From Gemmatimonadaceae bacterium (GTDB lineage Bacteria > Gemmatimonadota > Gemmatimonadetes > Gemmatimonadales > Gemmatimonadaceae): DNA of 64,000 bases. The position numbers and the translations under genes were made by a program. Where the stretch lies: contig JBBDYC010000004.1 in the NCBI GenBank assembly GCA_040901985.1, forward strand, positions 55,097-119,096. The letters run 5' to 3'. Shown one piece after another: positions 21,313-30,854 of the stretch (the stretch's first letter is position 1; each line of letters starts with the position of its first letter). The notes under the pieces are model-generated. The model did no database searches. It had not been told where the DNA came from and was given only the letters and a program-made list of their open reading frames with translations.

Positions 21313-22709
21313 CGGTCACCCCGGGGCGGGCGGCCGCGCGGCTTCTCATCGCGTGGCGCGAATCCGCTGGGCTTCTCCCCACGCGGCTTGAACTCCCCGC
21401 GCGGCTTGAACTCCCCGCGCGGCTTGAATTCCCCGCGCGGCTTGAACTCCCCGCGCGGCTTGTCTCCACGCGGCTTGTCTCCACGCGGCTTGAACTCCCC
21501 GCGCGGCTTGAACGGGCGGGGCGGGTCGCCGCGTGCCACCTCGTCCTTCTCGCGTTGCGCCTCCTTCATGACCGTGCGCACGCGCTGTTCGGCCGCCGTC
21601 ACCAACGCGGCCTGCGACTCGCGCGTCCGCTCGAGGAGCCGAAGCGCGGCGGCAGCAATCTCAAGGCCGTCATACTCGCGGAGCAGCGGTTCGAGCGCCA
21701 ACACCTCGCGCGACGGGATGCTCTCGCCGAGTTCGGCGCGCAACTCGGCGCGGCGCCGGGACTCGACGGCACGGGCCCGCGAGATGGATGCGCGGTCGGC
21801 CAGCGGCCGCGGTTCGGTAGTCCCGGCGAGGAGCCGGAGCGCCGGGAGGTCGCGCGGGGCGATGAGCGCGACAATCTGCGCCGGCTCCGCGGCCACCGCG
21901 GCCTGCCAGGCGGTCGCGGTGGGCACACCGAGCGCCACGACGAGGGCGCTGTTGGGCGCGACCCTCTCGCAGGAGACACGGGCGAGGGCGTTGTCGTGAT
22001 ACCCAATCCCCCGCAGGAGCGCGGTCACCTGGCCGACCGCGCGTTCGTCGGCCACGAGTACGGTCGCCGAGGGCGCGTCGAGCTCGTCGAGGACGAGCGG
22101 GAGCGCATCGAGCGGAGCGCCGCTCACGGTCAGATAGCGCACCGTGGGGGCAACCGGCGACCCCTCGGCGGGCGCGACGTCCTCGGTCACCCGGCGGACG
22201 CGATGGAGGTAGCGCTCGAGGAGCGCCTCGACGCCCGGCGTCGGCTTGAGTGCGGTGAGAATGCGCGCGGCGTCTTTCGGCACCTCGGCCATCACGGCGG
22301 CAATCGCTTCGGAGTCGGCGTCGAGTTCGTCGGCCGCGGCGAAGACGACCGTCGCCACGCTGTCGAGCTTGAGCAGTGCGGTCCCGAGTCCGGCGGCGAT
22401 CGTCTCGGCCGTTCCGATCACGGCATCGGCGGGGCCGGTGGCGAGGAGCCGCTGGACGCGCGTGGGCGACGTGGCGGCAATCAGTCGCCGGCCGTTGGCG
22501 GCCGGGAGCGCGGCCAGCGCACGGCTCATCGCCAGCGCGGCGCCGGCGTCGGGCACGAGAATCAGCAGCCGGACCGCGGTCGAGTCGGCGGCGCCGCGCT
22601 CGAGGGCGGGGGCCGCGTGCAAGGCGATGCGTCCCCAATCGGGGGGGAGGAAATACGCCACGTGGGCGGAGCGGACGGACCCAGCCGTCTCGCGCGGTGT
22701 TGCGGTCAC
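21309..22709 (-). CDS. Degenerate DEAD-box helicase-like protein with basic KPRG repeat tail
   Basis: LLILVPD (motif Ia-like), AVIGTAE (Ib-like) and [15 protein letters not shown] where DEAD is expected. No Walker A visible. Start GTG 22709 is inferred. Confidence 0.55.
   Translation of the reverse strand: MTATPRETAGSVRSAHVAYFLPPDWGRIALHAAPALERGAADSTAVRLLILVPDAGAALAMSRALAALPAANGRRLIAATSPTRVQRLLATGPADAVIGTAETIAAGLGTALLKLDSVATVVFAAADELDADSEAIAAVMAEVPKDAARILTALKPTPGVEALLERYLHRVRRVTEDVAPAEGSPVAPTVRYLTVSGAPLDALPLVLDELDAPSATVLVADERAVGQVTALLRGIGYHDNALARVSCERVAPNSALVVALGVPTATAWQAAVAAEPAQIVALIAPRDLPALRLLAGTTEPRPLADRASISRARAVESRRRAELRAELGESIPSREVLALEPLLREYDGLEIAAAALRLLERTRESQAALVTAAEQRVRTVMKEAQREKDEVARGDPPRPFKPRGEFKPRGDKPRGDKPRGEFKPRGEFKPRGEFKPRGEFKPRGEKPSGFAPRDEKPRGRPPRGDR
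21371..21513 (-). repeat. Coding tandem repeat of 18/15-bp units (KPRGEF / KPRGD)
   Basis: cgcggcttgaactccccg and cgcggcttgtctcca units, giving eight consecutive KPRG units. Confidence 0.92.
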
Positions 22710-22767
22710 TGCCGACCCTCGGTTTTCAATGGCGCGCCGTCGTGCGCGGGGATATCGTTCGTCCCGA

Positions 22768-23973
22768 ATGGAATATAGCGCCCTCCCCTTCCGAGCGTCG
22801 GCGAACATCGCGGAACTGCGTGAGTCGGCAACGATCGCGGTGTCACAGCGGGCCAAGGCGCTGCGGGCCGAGGGGCGAGAGGTCATCGACCTCGGCGCCG
22901 GGGAGCCAGACTTCGACACGCCCGAGCCGATCCGCCGCGCGGCACAGGACGCAATTGACCGCGGCGCCACCCGCTACACGGCGGTCGAGGGAATCGTCGA
23001 GCTGCGTCAGGTGATTGCCACGCAGGCGAGCGCCGCCTACCGCGGCGCCGACGGCGTCGGCGCCGGAGATGTGGTGGTCTCCACCGGGTCGAAGCAGTCG
23101 CTGTACAACGCCTGTGTGGTGCTCTTCGGTCCGGGCGACGAGGTGCTGATCCCGACGCCGAGCTGGACGAGCTACTACGAGATGGTCGGCCTGGCGCGGG
23201 CGACGGCGGTCGAGGTGCACGGCGACCCGGGACGCGGCTTCAAGGTGGATCCGGAACGCCTCGAGCGGCACGCGACCCCGCGCACGCGAGGGGTGATGCT
23301 CAACTCGCCATCCAACCCCACCGGGTCCGTCTACACGGCCGACGAGTTGCGGGCGATTCTCGACCTTGCGGCGTCGCGTGGCTGGTGGGTGATCAGCGAC
23401 GAGATCTACCAGCGCATCGCCTACGACGGGACGGCGCCGGGCGCGCTCGACCTCGTCACGCGGCGCGACAATCTCGTCGTCGTCAACGGCGTCGCCAAGG
23501 CGTGGGCGATGACCGGGTGGCGGATCGGGTGGACGATCTCGCCGCCTGCCGTCGCCCAGGCGATGACAGCGCTGCAGTCGCACACGACGTCGAACGCCGC
23601 CACGGTCTCGCAGCACGCCGCGCTCGCCGCGCTCACGCTCGGCGCGCCGGTTGACGATGCCGTCCGGGCGATGGTTGCGGAGTTCCGGATGCGTCGCGAC
23701 GCGGCCCTGCCGGTCCTCCGTGGCTCGCGGGCGCTGACCGTGCTCCAGCCCGACGGGGCCTTCTATTTTTTTGTGCGCGTGCCGGGCGCTGGCGCCGGCC
23801 CCGACGCGGGCGGTGTCTTTGCGGCGCGGCTGCTGGAGGAGCAGGGAGTGGCGGTCGTCCCCGGCTCGGCGTTCCGGACGCCGGACTGGGTGCGCATCTC
23901 CTACGCCGCCGACCGGGCGGCTGTCGCCGAGGCCTGTCGTCGCATCGCCGCGACGGCGGATGCGATGTCGTGA
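22768..23973 (+). CDS. PLP-dependent class I/II aminotransferase (aspartate aminotransferase-like)
   Basis: GEPDFDTP, NSPSNPTG, SDEIY, KAWAMTGWRIG. Start ATG 22768. Confidence 0.93.
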   Translation: MEYSALPFRASANIAELRESATIAVSQRAKALRAEGREVIDLGAGEPDFDTPEPIRRAAQDAIDRGATRYTAVEGIVELRQVIATQASAAYRGADGVGAGDVVVSTGSKQSLYNACVVLFGPGDEVLIPTPSWTSYYEMVGLARATAVEVHGDPGRGFKVDPERLERHATPRTRGVMLNSPSNPTGSVYTADELRAILDLAASRGWWVISDEIYQRIAYDGTAPGALDLVTRRDNLVVVNGVAKAWAMTGWRIGWTISPPAVAQAMTALQSHTTSNAATVSQHAALAALTLGAPVDDAVRAMVAEFRMRRDAALPVLRGSRALTVLQPDGAFYFFVRVPGAGAGPDAGGVFAARLLEEQGVAVVPGSAFRTPDWVRISYAADRAAVAEACRRIAATADAMS

Positions 23974-24033
23974 TGCGGGTCCACGCCCCGGCCAGCATTA
24001 CGCTGGCCTCGTCCTGAGCCGAGGGAGGGCACC

Positions 24034-24540
24034 GTGTCACTCGAGGTTCGCGTGGAGGAGATGCCGGAGGCGGAACTGCCGGTGGTGGACTACCGCTGGG
24101 ATGCTGACACCGAGATCCTCTGCGCCACGCTGCGCACGGGCGGAGTGAGCGAGGGACTCACCGGCTCGCTCGACATCGAAGGCGGCGACGGCGCGTGGCT
24201 CACCCTGGAGCTCACCGACGGGCGGCTGGGCGCGGTGGAGGTCGCGGTCTGGCCGGAGGTGAAGACGGTTGTTGGTCTCGCCGCGCCCGACGGCGCGACG
24301 CCGTCGCGGATCCGCATCCCGACCAGGAGCTCGCAGCCGGGGTTGGCGGCGGTCGAGGTGGACACACCGATTCGCGCAGTGGCCGACCAGGCCGGTCGGA
24401 CGATACACTTCCGTATCGGTCCGCGGCGGGCCACCCGAGCCCTCCGCGTCGCCGGTGACCTCCTCCTGGAGGTGGACACGAAGTCGCACATCGCCGGCCT
24501 CTGGCTCCTCAACGTCCCGCCGTCACCCGACCGCCAATGA
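24034..24540 (+). CDS. Hypothetical protein (168 aa, beta-rich)
   Basis: GTG start with GGAGGG RBS, and coupled (ATGA) to the next gene. Confidence 0.7.
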   Translation: MSLEVRVEEMPEAELPVVDYRWDADTEILCATLRTGGVSEGLTGSLDIEGGDGAWLTLELTDGRLGAVEVAVWPEVKTVVGLAAPDGATPSRIRIPTRSSQPGLAAVEVDTPIRAVADQAGRTIHFRIGPRRATRALRVAGDLLLEVDTKSHIAGLWLLNVPPSPDRQ

Positions 24541-24815
24541 TCACGACCATCGTCCTCATCCAAGCCGAGCCCCGCCTGATCCCCAAGTGCGCGGTGGCGC
24601 TCGCCGGCATTGATGGCGTGACGGATGTCTACTCGGTGTCCGGGGAGTGGGACCTCATCGCGATCCTCAAGGTGGCCGAGTACGAACAGATCGCCGAGAT
24701 CGTCACGGAGCGCTTCCCGAAGGTCCCTGGACTCGTGCGAACGACCACGCTGACGGCCTTCCGGGCCTACTCCAAGAAGGATCTGGAGCAGGCGTGGGAT
24801 ATGGGCGTGGACTGA
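24537..24815 (+). CDS. Stand-alone Lrp/AsnC ligand-binding domain protein
   Basis: GVTDVYSVSGEWDLIA and VPGLVRTTT motifs; 92 aa with no HTH. Confidence 0.87.
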   Translation: MITTIVLIQAEPRLIPKCAVALAGIDGVTDVYSVSGEWDLIAILKVAEYEQIAEIVTERFPKVPGLVRTTTLTAFRAYSKKDLEQAWDMGVD

Positions 24816-24857
24816 GCGCGTATCCGCGTCAGGCCGGCCCCCGGAAGCGGTAGCGCC

Positions 24858-25805
24858 CTAGCGCTGCGCGGCGGGGCGGACGTCGGCGCACCAGTCGAGG
24901 CTCACGCGGAATGTCTCGCTCCACCCGCCCGGCTTCCGCGAGAGGATTGCCAGGCTGGGGATTCCGCCATAGCGCCACGCCTCGATAATCAGCTCGGCCA
25001 CCCCGTCGCCCGTCAGGTCGGCGTAGTTCAGGAGTCGTTGGAACTCGACGGTACGCGATTCGCCGCTGAGCGCGTGCTGGTAGGACGTCTGAAGGACGCC
25101 GGCCGAGTCGTCGGCCATCACGAGGACGACGGCGGTATTCCCCGCGCCAGGGCCAAGGTCGCCGGCGTTGGGGTCGATGTAGCTGGCCAGCAGGGTCCGC
25201 CCCGACTCCCCGTACCCGGTTCGCAGCCACCGCGCGTGGAAGTCCAGCGCCGAGAGGTCCTCCGGCCCGATGCCGGCTGCCGCCGCGACCGCGCCAGCCA
25301 GGGTCCGGCCCTGCGTCTCCGGGTTGCCCGGCAGGGGGCGCGGGTCGGCCTTCTGAACGAGCGCGGCCGACGTGCCGAGGAGTTCAATGCTCTCCTCGAG
25401 GACGACCTGCGCCTCCATCCGGCCGATGGCGTGCGGCACGAGCTGCCGACAGCCGACCACGGTATAGACGGGCGCGCTGTCGGCGGTCCACATCCCACGG
25501 GTGACCTCCACCGTGCCCACCTCGGCGCCGCCGAGGTACACCGGCAGGCGATTGCCGGGGGCGAAGATGGTTTCGTCGAACTCGCGCCAGCCGGGGCCAT
25601 CGAGCGCGAGGCGCTCGACCGTTTCCCCACGGACGACCGCGACCGGGGCAATCCGCGGCGTCTCCCGGGGCCCGAAGACCTGGAAGAGGACGGTGGCTCC
25701 GGCGAGCTCGGTGAGGACGCGTTCCGCCGACGCGTCGGCGGCGGGCTTCCTGTCGCATCCGGCGGTCACGGCGACCAGCACGGCGAGTCCGGCGATTCGG
25801 CGCAT
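24858..25805 (-). CDS. Hypothetical lipoprotein
   Basis: Lipobox VTAGC; C-terminal DLTGDGVAELI is an FG-GAP/Ca-binding-like motif. Confidence 0.72.
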   Translation of the reverse strand: MRRIAGLAVLVAVTAGCDRKPAADASAERVLTELAGATVLFQVFGPRETPRIAPVAVVRGETVERLALDGPGWREFDETIFAPGNRLPVYLGGAEVGTVEVTRGMWTADSAPVYTVVGCRQLVPHAIGRMEAQVVLEESIELLGTSAALVQKADPRPLPGNPETQGRTLAGAVAAAAGIGPEDLSALDFHARWLRTGYGESGRTLLASYIDPNAGDLGPGAGNTAVVLVMADDSAGVLQTSYQHALSGESRTVEFQRLLNYADLTGDGVAELIIEAWRYGGIPSLAILSRKPGGWSETFRVSLDWCADVRPAAQR

Positions 25806-25860
25806 CGTCGGAAGCTATGGCTCGTCGGGAGGAGCGGCAAGCGCGTAGATTCACCCGGGC

Positions 25861-27051
25861 GTGCGCCTCGTCCACCTTTCCGACCTCCACCTCGGGTTCC
25901 GCCAGTTCCAGCGGCAGACCCCCTCCGGGACCAATCAGCGCGAAGCTGACGTCGCGGCGTCGTTCACGCGCGCGGTGGACCGGCTGATCACGCTCGCGCC
26001 AGAGCTGGTCGTCGTCGGCGGCGACGTGTTCCATACGGTGCGCCCGACGAACTGGACGATCCTCCACGCGTTCCAGGAGTTCGCGCGGCTCGTCGAGGCG
26101 TTGCCACACACCGCAATCGTCATCGCCGCCGGCAACCACGATATGCCGCGGTCCACCGAGACGATCTGCCTGCTCCGGCTCTTCGCGGCGCCGCTCGGCA
26201 TCCACATTGCCGACCGCGAGGCGCGTCGCTTCCCATTCGCGGACCTCGGGCTCTCGGTTCTCGCGGTCCCCGACCTCCCGCCGGGCACGGTGGACCTGCA
26301 CCCCGACCCAGAGGCGAAATACAACGTGCTCGTCCTCCACGGTGAGGTGCAGGGCGCGATCCCCAACACCGACCACGCCGACCGGGCGTCGCTCCAGATC
26401 CCGCTCGCCGAGGTGGTGCGACCGGGGTGGGACTACGTGGCGCTCGGGCACTACCACGTCTACAAGCGCATCGCCGACCACGTCTACTACTCGGGATCGC
26501 TCGACTACACGAGCACCAATCCGTGGGGTGAACTGGCCGAGGAGAAGGCGCAGAAGCTGCCGGGCAAGGGGATGATCGAGCGCGACCTGGCGAGCGGAAA
26601 GCAGATCTTCCATCCGCTTCCGGTGGCGCGCGCATTTGTGGACCTCCCGCCGATTGACGGCCGCGGGATGACGGCGGCCGACCTCGACGAGGCGATCCAG
26701 AAGGCGGTCGCCCGGATTGCCGGCGGGGTGGACGGGAAGGTGGTGCGGCTGGTGGCGCGCGAGGTCCCGCGGCACATCGCCCGTGAGATCGACCATCGGG
26801 CGCTTCGGGAGATCCAGCGCCGCGCGCTGCACTTTCACCTCGACACGCGCCGCCCGGAGGTCGTTCGCCGTCAGGCGAGCGGCGCGCCGGGGCGGCGCCC
26901 CTCCCTTGCCGACACGCTGCGCGACGCGCTGATCGCACGGCCGGTCGTGCCGGGCGTCGGGCGCGACGCGCTCGTCGCGCTGGGGATGCACTACCTCGCC
27001 GAGGCCGAGCTGGCGGAGCCGGCGCGCGACCTTCCCGGGGCCGACGCGTGA
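25861..27051 (+). CDS. sbcD: SbcD/Mre11 family nuclease
   Basis: DLHLG, GDVFH, GNHD, LHG and ALGHYH metallophosphoesterase motifs. Confidence 0.93.
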   Translation: MRLVHLSDLHLGFRQFQRQTPSGTNQREADVAASFTRAVDRLITLAPELVVVGGDVFHTVRPTNWTILHAFQEFARLVEALPHTAIVIAAGNHDMPRSTETICLLRLFAAPLGIHIADREARRFPFADLGLSVLAVPDLPPGTVDLHPDPEAKYNVLVLHGEVQGAIPNTDHADRASLQIPLAEVVRPGWDYVALGHYHVYKRIADHVYYSGSLDYTSTNPWGELAEEKAQKLPGKGMIERDLASGKQIFHPLPVARAFVDLPPIDGRGMTAADLDEAIQKAVARIAGGVDGKVVRLVAREVPRHIAREIDHRALREIQRRALHFHLDTRRPEVVRRQASGAPGRRPSLADTLRDALIARPVVPGVGRDALVALGMHYLAEAELAEPARDLPGADA

Positions 27052-29492
27052 GGCTCGCCCGGCTGCGGCTCGTGAACTTCCGGCAGCACGTCGAGACCCA
27101 GATCGAGTTCGATTCCGGGCTGACCGGGATCATCGGCCCCAACGGCGCCGGCAAGTCCACGATCCTCGAGGCGATCGCCTGGGCGCTCTATGGCGGGAAC
27201 ACCGCGCGCGGCGGCAACGAGTCCATCCGGTTCCACCGCGCCGCACCGCGCGCGCCGGTGCGGGTGGAGCTCGACTTCGACCTCGCCGGCCACCGCTACC
27301 GCGTGGTCCGTGGCCTCTCGACCGCCGAGCTCTTCCTCGACGGCGGCGAGACGCCGATCGCCAACTCGGTCACGACGGTCGCCGAGATGCTGCAGCGGCG
27401 GATCGGGATGACGCGGACGGAGTTCTTCAACACCTACTTCACCGGCCAGAAGGAACTCGCGGTGATGCAGGCGCTCACCGCCGGCGAGCGCGCCCAGTTC
27501 CTCTCTCGCGTCCTCGGCTACGAGAAGCTCCGGGTGGCGCAGGACCTCTGCGGGGTGCGGCGCAAGGAACTCGCGAGCGAGGTGGCGGGGCTGCGGTCGG
27601 GGATGCCCGAGCGCGAGACCGTGCTGCGCGAGGAGCGCGCAGCGACCGACGTGCTGCGCGAGGCGGCGCGCGCGGTGGAGGCCGCCGAGCGGCTCGAGCG
27701 CGAGACCGGGGACGCCCTCTCGAGCGTCGCCCCGCGCTGGCTCGCCGCGCAGACGGGACGCGACGAGCGTCAGCGGATTGAGACCGAGCTGGCGGCGATT
27801 GACGGGGAGGATGCCGCACTCGGCCAGAACGCCGAGCGGATCGAGCGGGAGCTGGCGCAGGTGGAGGAGGCGCGCACGAGCCTCGCCCCGCTGCTGCCCG
27901 ACCTCGCCGCGCTCGAGGAAGTGTCGCAGCGGCTGGAGGCGCAGCGCGCCCTCGCCTCGAGCGACGGCCGTCGGCGCGCCCTCGAGACGGCCCGCGAGGC
28001 GCTGGCTGCCGAATGCGCCGCGTTCGAGGAGCAGCTCGAGCGGCTCCGCGCGACCACGGCGACCGAGGAGCGCGTCACGCAGGACCTCGCGTCGCATCGG
28101 CAGGCAGCGGAGGATGCGCAGGGCAAGCTCGAGGCGCGCCGCACCGAGTGGGTCCGCGAGCGTCAGGAGGTCGAGAGCCGGCTGCGCGCCCTGCGCACGC
28201 AATACGCCGAGTTGCGCGACCAGCGCGACAAACTCGTCACCGCCGGCGAGGAAGGCGACTGTCCGACCTGTGCGCGTCCGCTTGGCGAGCACTTCCGGAA
28301 CGTGCTCGACGTGATCGAGCGGCAGCTCGAGACGGTCGAGGCCGACGGCGGCTACTTTCGGTCGCGGCTAGAGCAGCTCGAGGCGATGCCGGCCGACATC
28401 ACGCATCTCGGCGCGCTGCGCGGGAAGCTGCAGGAGGACGTCAGCCTGCTGGTGGGACGGCTGGCGCAGGTGCAGGGGGACGCGCGGCTGCGCGCGCAGG
28501 TCGAGCGCGACCTCGGCGCCAAGCGCACGCGGCTCGGGGCGATCGCCGCCGAGCTCGCCACGCTTCCGGAGGGATTCGACGAGGCGACGTTCCGTGCGCT
28601 CGACCAGGAGCACGGGCGGCTCGTCGAGTCCACGACGCTGGCGAACCGCCTGTCCATGACGATCGAGCGGGAGCCGGCCTTGACGCGTGAGGCAGAAGCC
28701 TCGGCGCGCAAGCGCGCGGCGCTGAACGAGCGCCGCGCCGCCGCGACGGCGCGCCTCGGCGCGTACACGATTCCCGAGGGCGACTACGCCGAGCTGCGGC
28801 AGCTGCACGACGGGGTCGCGGCGGCGCACGCCGCCGCGGCGCAGCAGGCGGCGGCGGTGCGCGCGGCGCGCGACCTCGCCGCCGCCGGCGCGGCGCGGGC
28901 CACCGACGCCCGGACTGCCTACGAGGCGCTCGAGGCCAAGGTCGAGGCGCTCGAGGGTCAGCGCCGGCTCCACGACGAGCTCCATCGCGCCTACACCGAC
29001 CTGCGGACCGACCTCAACTTCCAGCTGCGCCCGGAGCTCTCCGAGCTCGCGTCGGCGTTCCTCACTGAACTGACGGACGCGCGCTACACCGAACTCGAGC
29101 CCGACGACCGGTACCGGATCCTCGTGCTCGAGGACGGGGTGCCAAAGCCGGTGATCTCGGGTGGCGAGGAGGATGTCGCGAACCTGGTGCTCCGCCTCGC
29201 CATCTCGCAGATGATCGCCGAGCGGGCGGGACAGGCCTTCTCGCTCCTCGTGCTCGACGAAGTCTTCGGGTCGCTCGACGACGTGCGGCGGCAGAACGTC
29301 GTCGAACTCCTGCGCGGACTGCAGGACCGGTTCGACCAAGTAATCGTCATCACGCACATCGAGGGCGTGCGCGACGGCCTCGACCGGGTGATCTCGGTCG
29401 GATTCGACGAGCAGACCGGGGCGGCGGCGGTCTCGCGGGCCGAGCCGGGGCTCGCCGAGCTGGCGCTGCTCGGCGCCGGGACGGCGGGATGA
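27048..29492 (+). CDS. sbcC: SbcC/Rad50 SMC-family ATPase
   Basis: Walker A GPNGAGKST, coiled coil with Zn hook CPTC, signature ISGGE, and LDEVFGSLD. Confidence 0.93.
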   Translation: MRLARLRLVNFRQHVETQIEFDSGLTGIIGPNGAGKSTILEAIAWALYGGNTARGGNESIRFHRAAPRAPVRVELDFDLAGHRYRVVRGLSTAELFLDGGETPIANSVTTVAEMLQRRIGMTRTEFFNTYFTGQKELAVMQALTAGERAQFLSRVLGYEKLRVAQDLCGVRRKELASEVAGLRSGMPERETVLREERAATDVLREAARAVEAAERLERETGDALSSVAPRWLAAQTGRDERQRIETELAAIDGEDAALGQNAERIERELAQVEEARTSLAPLLPDLAALEEVSQRLEAQRALASSDGRRRALETAREALAAECAAFEEQLERLRATTATEERVTQDLASHRQAAEDAQGKLEARRTEWVRERQEVESRLRALRTQYAELRDQRDKLVTAGEEGDCPTCARPLGEHFRNVLDVIERQLETVEADGGYFRSRLEQLEAMPADITHLGALRGKLQEDVSLLVGRLAQVQGDARLRAQVERDLGAKRTRLGAIAAELATLPEGFDEATFRALDQEHGRLVESTTLANRLSMTIEREPALTREAEASARKRAALNERRAAATARLGAYTIPEGDYAELRQLHDGVAAAHAAAAQQAAAVRAARDLAAAGAARATDARTAYEALEAKVEALEGQRRLHDELHRAYTDLRTDLNFQLRPELSELASAFLTELTDARYTELEPDDRYRILVLEDGVPKPVISGGEEDVANLVLRLAISQMIAERAGQAFSLLVLDEVFGSLDDVRRQNVVELLRGLQDRFDQVIVITHIEGVRDGLDRVISVGFDEQTGAAAVSRAEPGLAELALLGAGTAG

Positions 29493-30454
29493 CAGACGTC
29501 GCCGCACGCACAAGCGGTCCGTTCCCGATCGGGCTCGACGACCTGCCGGAGCTGAACGCGCTCTTCAGCGAGGCCTTCAGCGAGCGCTACCGGCGTGACG
29601 GGATGTCGGGCGTACGCGTGCCGCCCCTCAATCCGGCCATCTGGCGCTTCGCCATCGAGGGCGCGGGCGACGGGGCGATGCTCTGGCGCGATGGGATGGG
29701 GCGAATCGCCGCCTTCAACCTGGCGCACGTGTCGGGGCGCGAGGGGTGGATGGGGCCGCTCGCCGTGCGCGAGGAGGTCCAGGGGCGCGGTATTGGCCGG
29801 ATGGTCGTGCGGACGGGAATTGACCATCTCAAGCGGGCCGGATGTACGGTGATTGGACTCGAGACGATGCCGCGCACAATGGACAACATCGGCTTTTACG
29901 CGTCGCTCGGGTTCGCGCCGGCGCGGCTGACGATCACGCTGACGCTCGAGGCCGGCGGGAGCGGTACCGACGAGCCCGAACTGCTCTCGACTGCCGGCAG
30001 CGCGGAACGCGGCAGCCTGATTGCCGAATGCGCGGCGCTCACCGCGCGCGTGCGGCCGGGCGGCGACTATTCGCGCGAGCTTGCACTCACGCTTCGCCAC
30101 GCGCTCGGCGACGCGGTCCTGCTTCGCGATGCGGCGGGGATGCTCGAGGGCTTTGCGCTCTTCCACGACGTGCCGCTGGTCGAGGGACGCAGCCGCGACG
30201 AGTTGCGGGTGCTGAAACTCGTCGTCGCCGATGTGGTGCGCCTCGGCGCGCTGACGTCGGCGCTGCGCGCCCAGGCGCGGCGCAGCGGCACGCTGCGCGC
30301 GGCGGTGCGCATGCAGGGCGAGTACCGCTCGGCGTTCAGCGCCCTGGTGGCCGATGGTGCGCGGGTCCGCTGGACCGACCTGCGGATGACGCTCAGCGGG
30401 TACGAGGAATCCGTTCCCTCGCCGGGCATCGCCCTCTCCAACTGGGAGATCTGA
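29489..30454 (+). CDS. GNAT family N-acetyltransferase (probably two-domain)
   Basis: LAVREEVQGRGIG acetyl-CoA motif and FYASLGF. ATGA-coupled to sbcC. Confidence 0.82.
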   Translation: MTDVAARTSGPFPIGLDDLPELNALFSEAFSERYRRDGMSGVRVPPLNPAIWRFAIEGAGDGAMLWRDGMGRIAAFNLAHVSGREGWMGPLAVREEVQGRGIGRMVVRTGIDHLKRAGCTVIGLETMPRTMDNIGFYASLGFAPARLTITLTLEAGGSGTDEPELLSTAGSAERGSLIAECAALTARVRPGGDYSRELALTLRHALGDAVLLRDAAGMLEGFALFHDVPLVEGRSRDELRVLKLVVADVVRLGALTSALRAQARRSGTLRAAVRMQGEYRSAFSALVADGARVRWTDLRMTLSGYEESVPSPGIALSNWEI

Positions 30455-30457
30455 GCG

Positions 30458-30622
30458 TTAGCGTGACTTTCGCGCGCGCTCGGCCCGCTTGACCGCGCCG
30501 AAGATCAGGAAGAAGACGCCGAGCGTCAGGAACAGGTGGATGATGCCGGGCGCGGAAAAGAGAAACGTCCCGGCCGCCCAGAGGATGAGCATTGCGATGC
30601 CGGTGATGGTCAACAGGTCCAT
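30458..30622 (-). CDS. Small membrane protein (lmo0937/DUF5670-like, 54 aa)
   Basis: MDLLTITGIAMLILWAAG...GIIHLFL, matching the LW-x-x-G...G-x-IH pattern. Confidence 0.7.
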   Translation of the reverse strand: MDLLTITGIAMLILWAAGTFLFSAPGIIHLFLTLGVFFLIFGAVKRAERARKSR

Positions 30623-30653
30623 AAACAGGTTCCGAAATGGGGGAAAGTTCGTA

Positions 30654-30682
30654 TTGACGCGTTCGGACACCGCTCCTACATT
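30654..30682 (+). promoter_or_regulatory. Sigma70-type promoter
   Basis: TTGACG (30654-30659), 17-bp spacer, TACATT (30677-30682). Confidence 0.7.
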
Positions 30683-30696
30683 CTGGCACCGACTCT

Positions 30697-30847
30697 TGGG
30701 ACGGAGAGAATCCACTTTTTGAGCCGATAAGTCCTCCGAAGCGGATCCAACATCTCTGCTGCCGTCACGCCCGGACGCCGGGAAGGCGAAAGCAGGGTGA
30801 GGGCCTCATGCATTCGACGGGGCTTCAAAATCCTCTTTCCGCTCCCA
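30697..30847 (+). ncRNA. Putative 6S-like rod-shaped structured RNA
   Basis: The 5' part TGGGACGGAGAGA..TTTTGAGCC pairs with the 3' part GGCTTCAAAA..TCTTTCCGCTCCCA. There is a central unpaired region and an apical stem CATCTCTGCT/AGCAGGGTG. Bracketed by a promoter and a terminator. Confidence 0.55.
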
Positions 30848-30854
30848 CCCATTG

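Noticed and set aside
21371..21513. Possible CRISPR array
   Set aside because: The units are directly adjacent with no unique spacers, are in-frame coding repeats, and no cas genes are present.
25861..29492. SMC-based anti-plasmid defence system (Wadjet/Lamassu)
   Set aside because: The Mre11-type nuclease plus Zn-hook Rad50 ATPase is ordinary SbcCD, with no jet or lmu partner genes.
30760..30830. SRP RNA or tmRNA identity for the structured RNA (gggaagg..agcag; ttcgacgggg)
   Set aside because: It lacks the exact SRP CAGG..GGAA..AGCAG loop geometry. It has no tRNA-like 3' end or tag ORF, and is too short for tmRNA.
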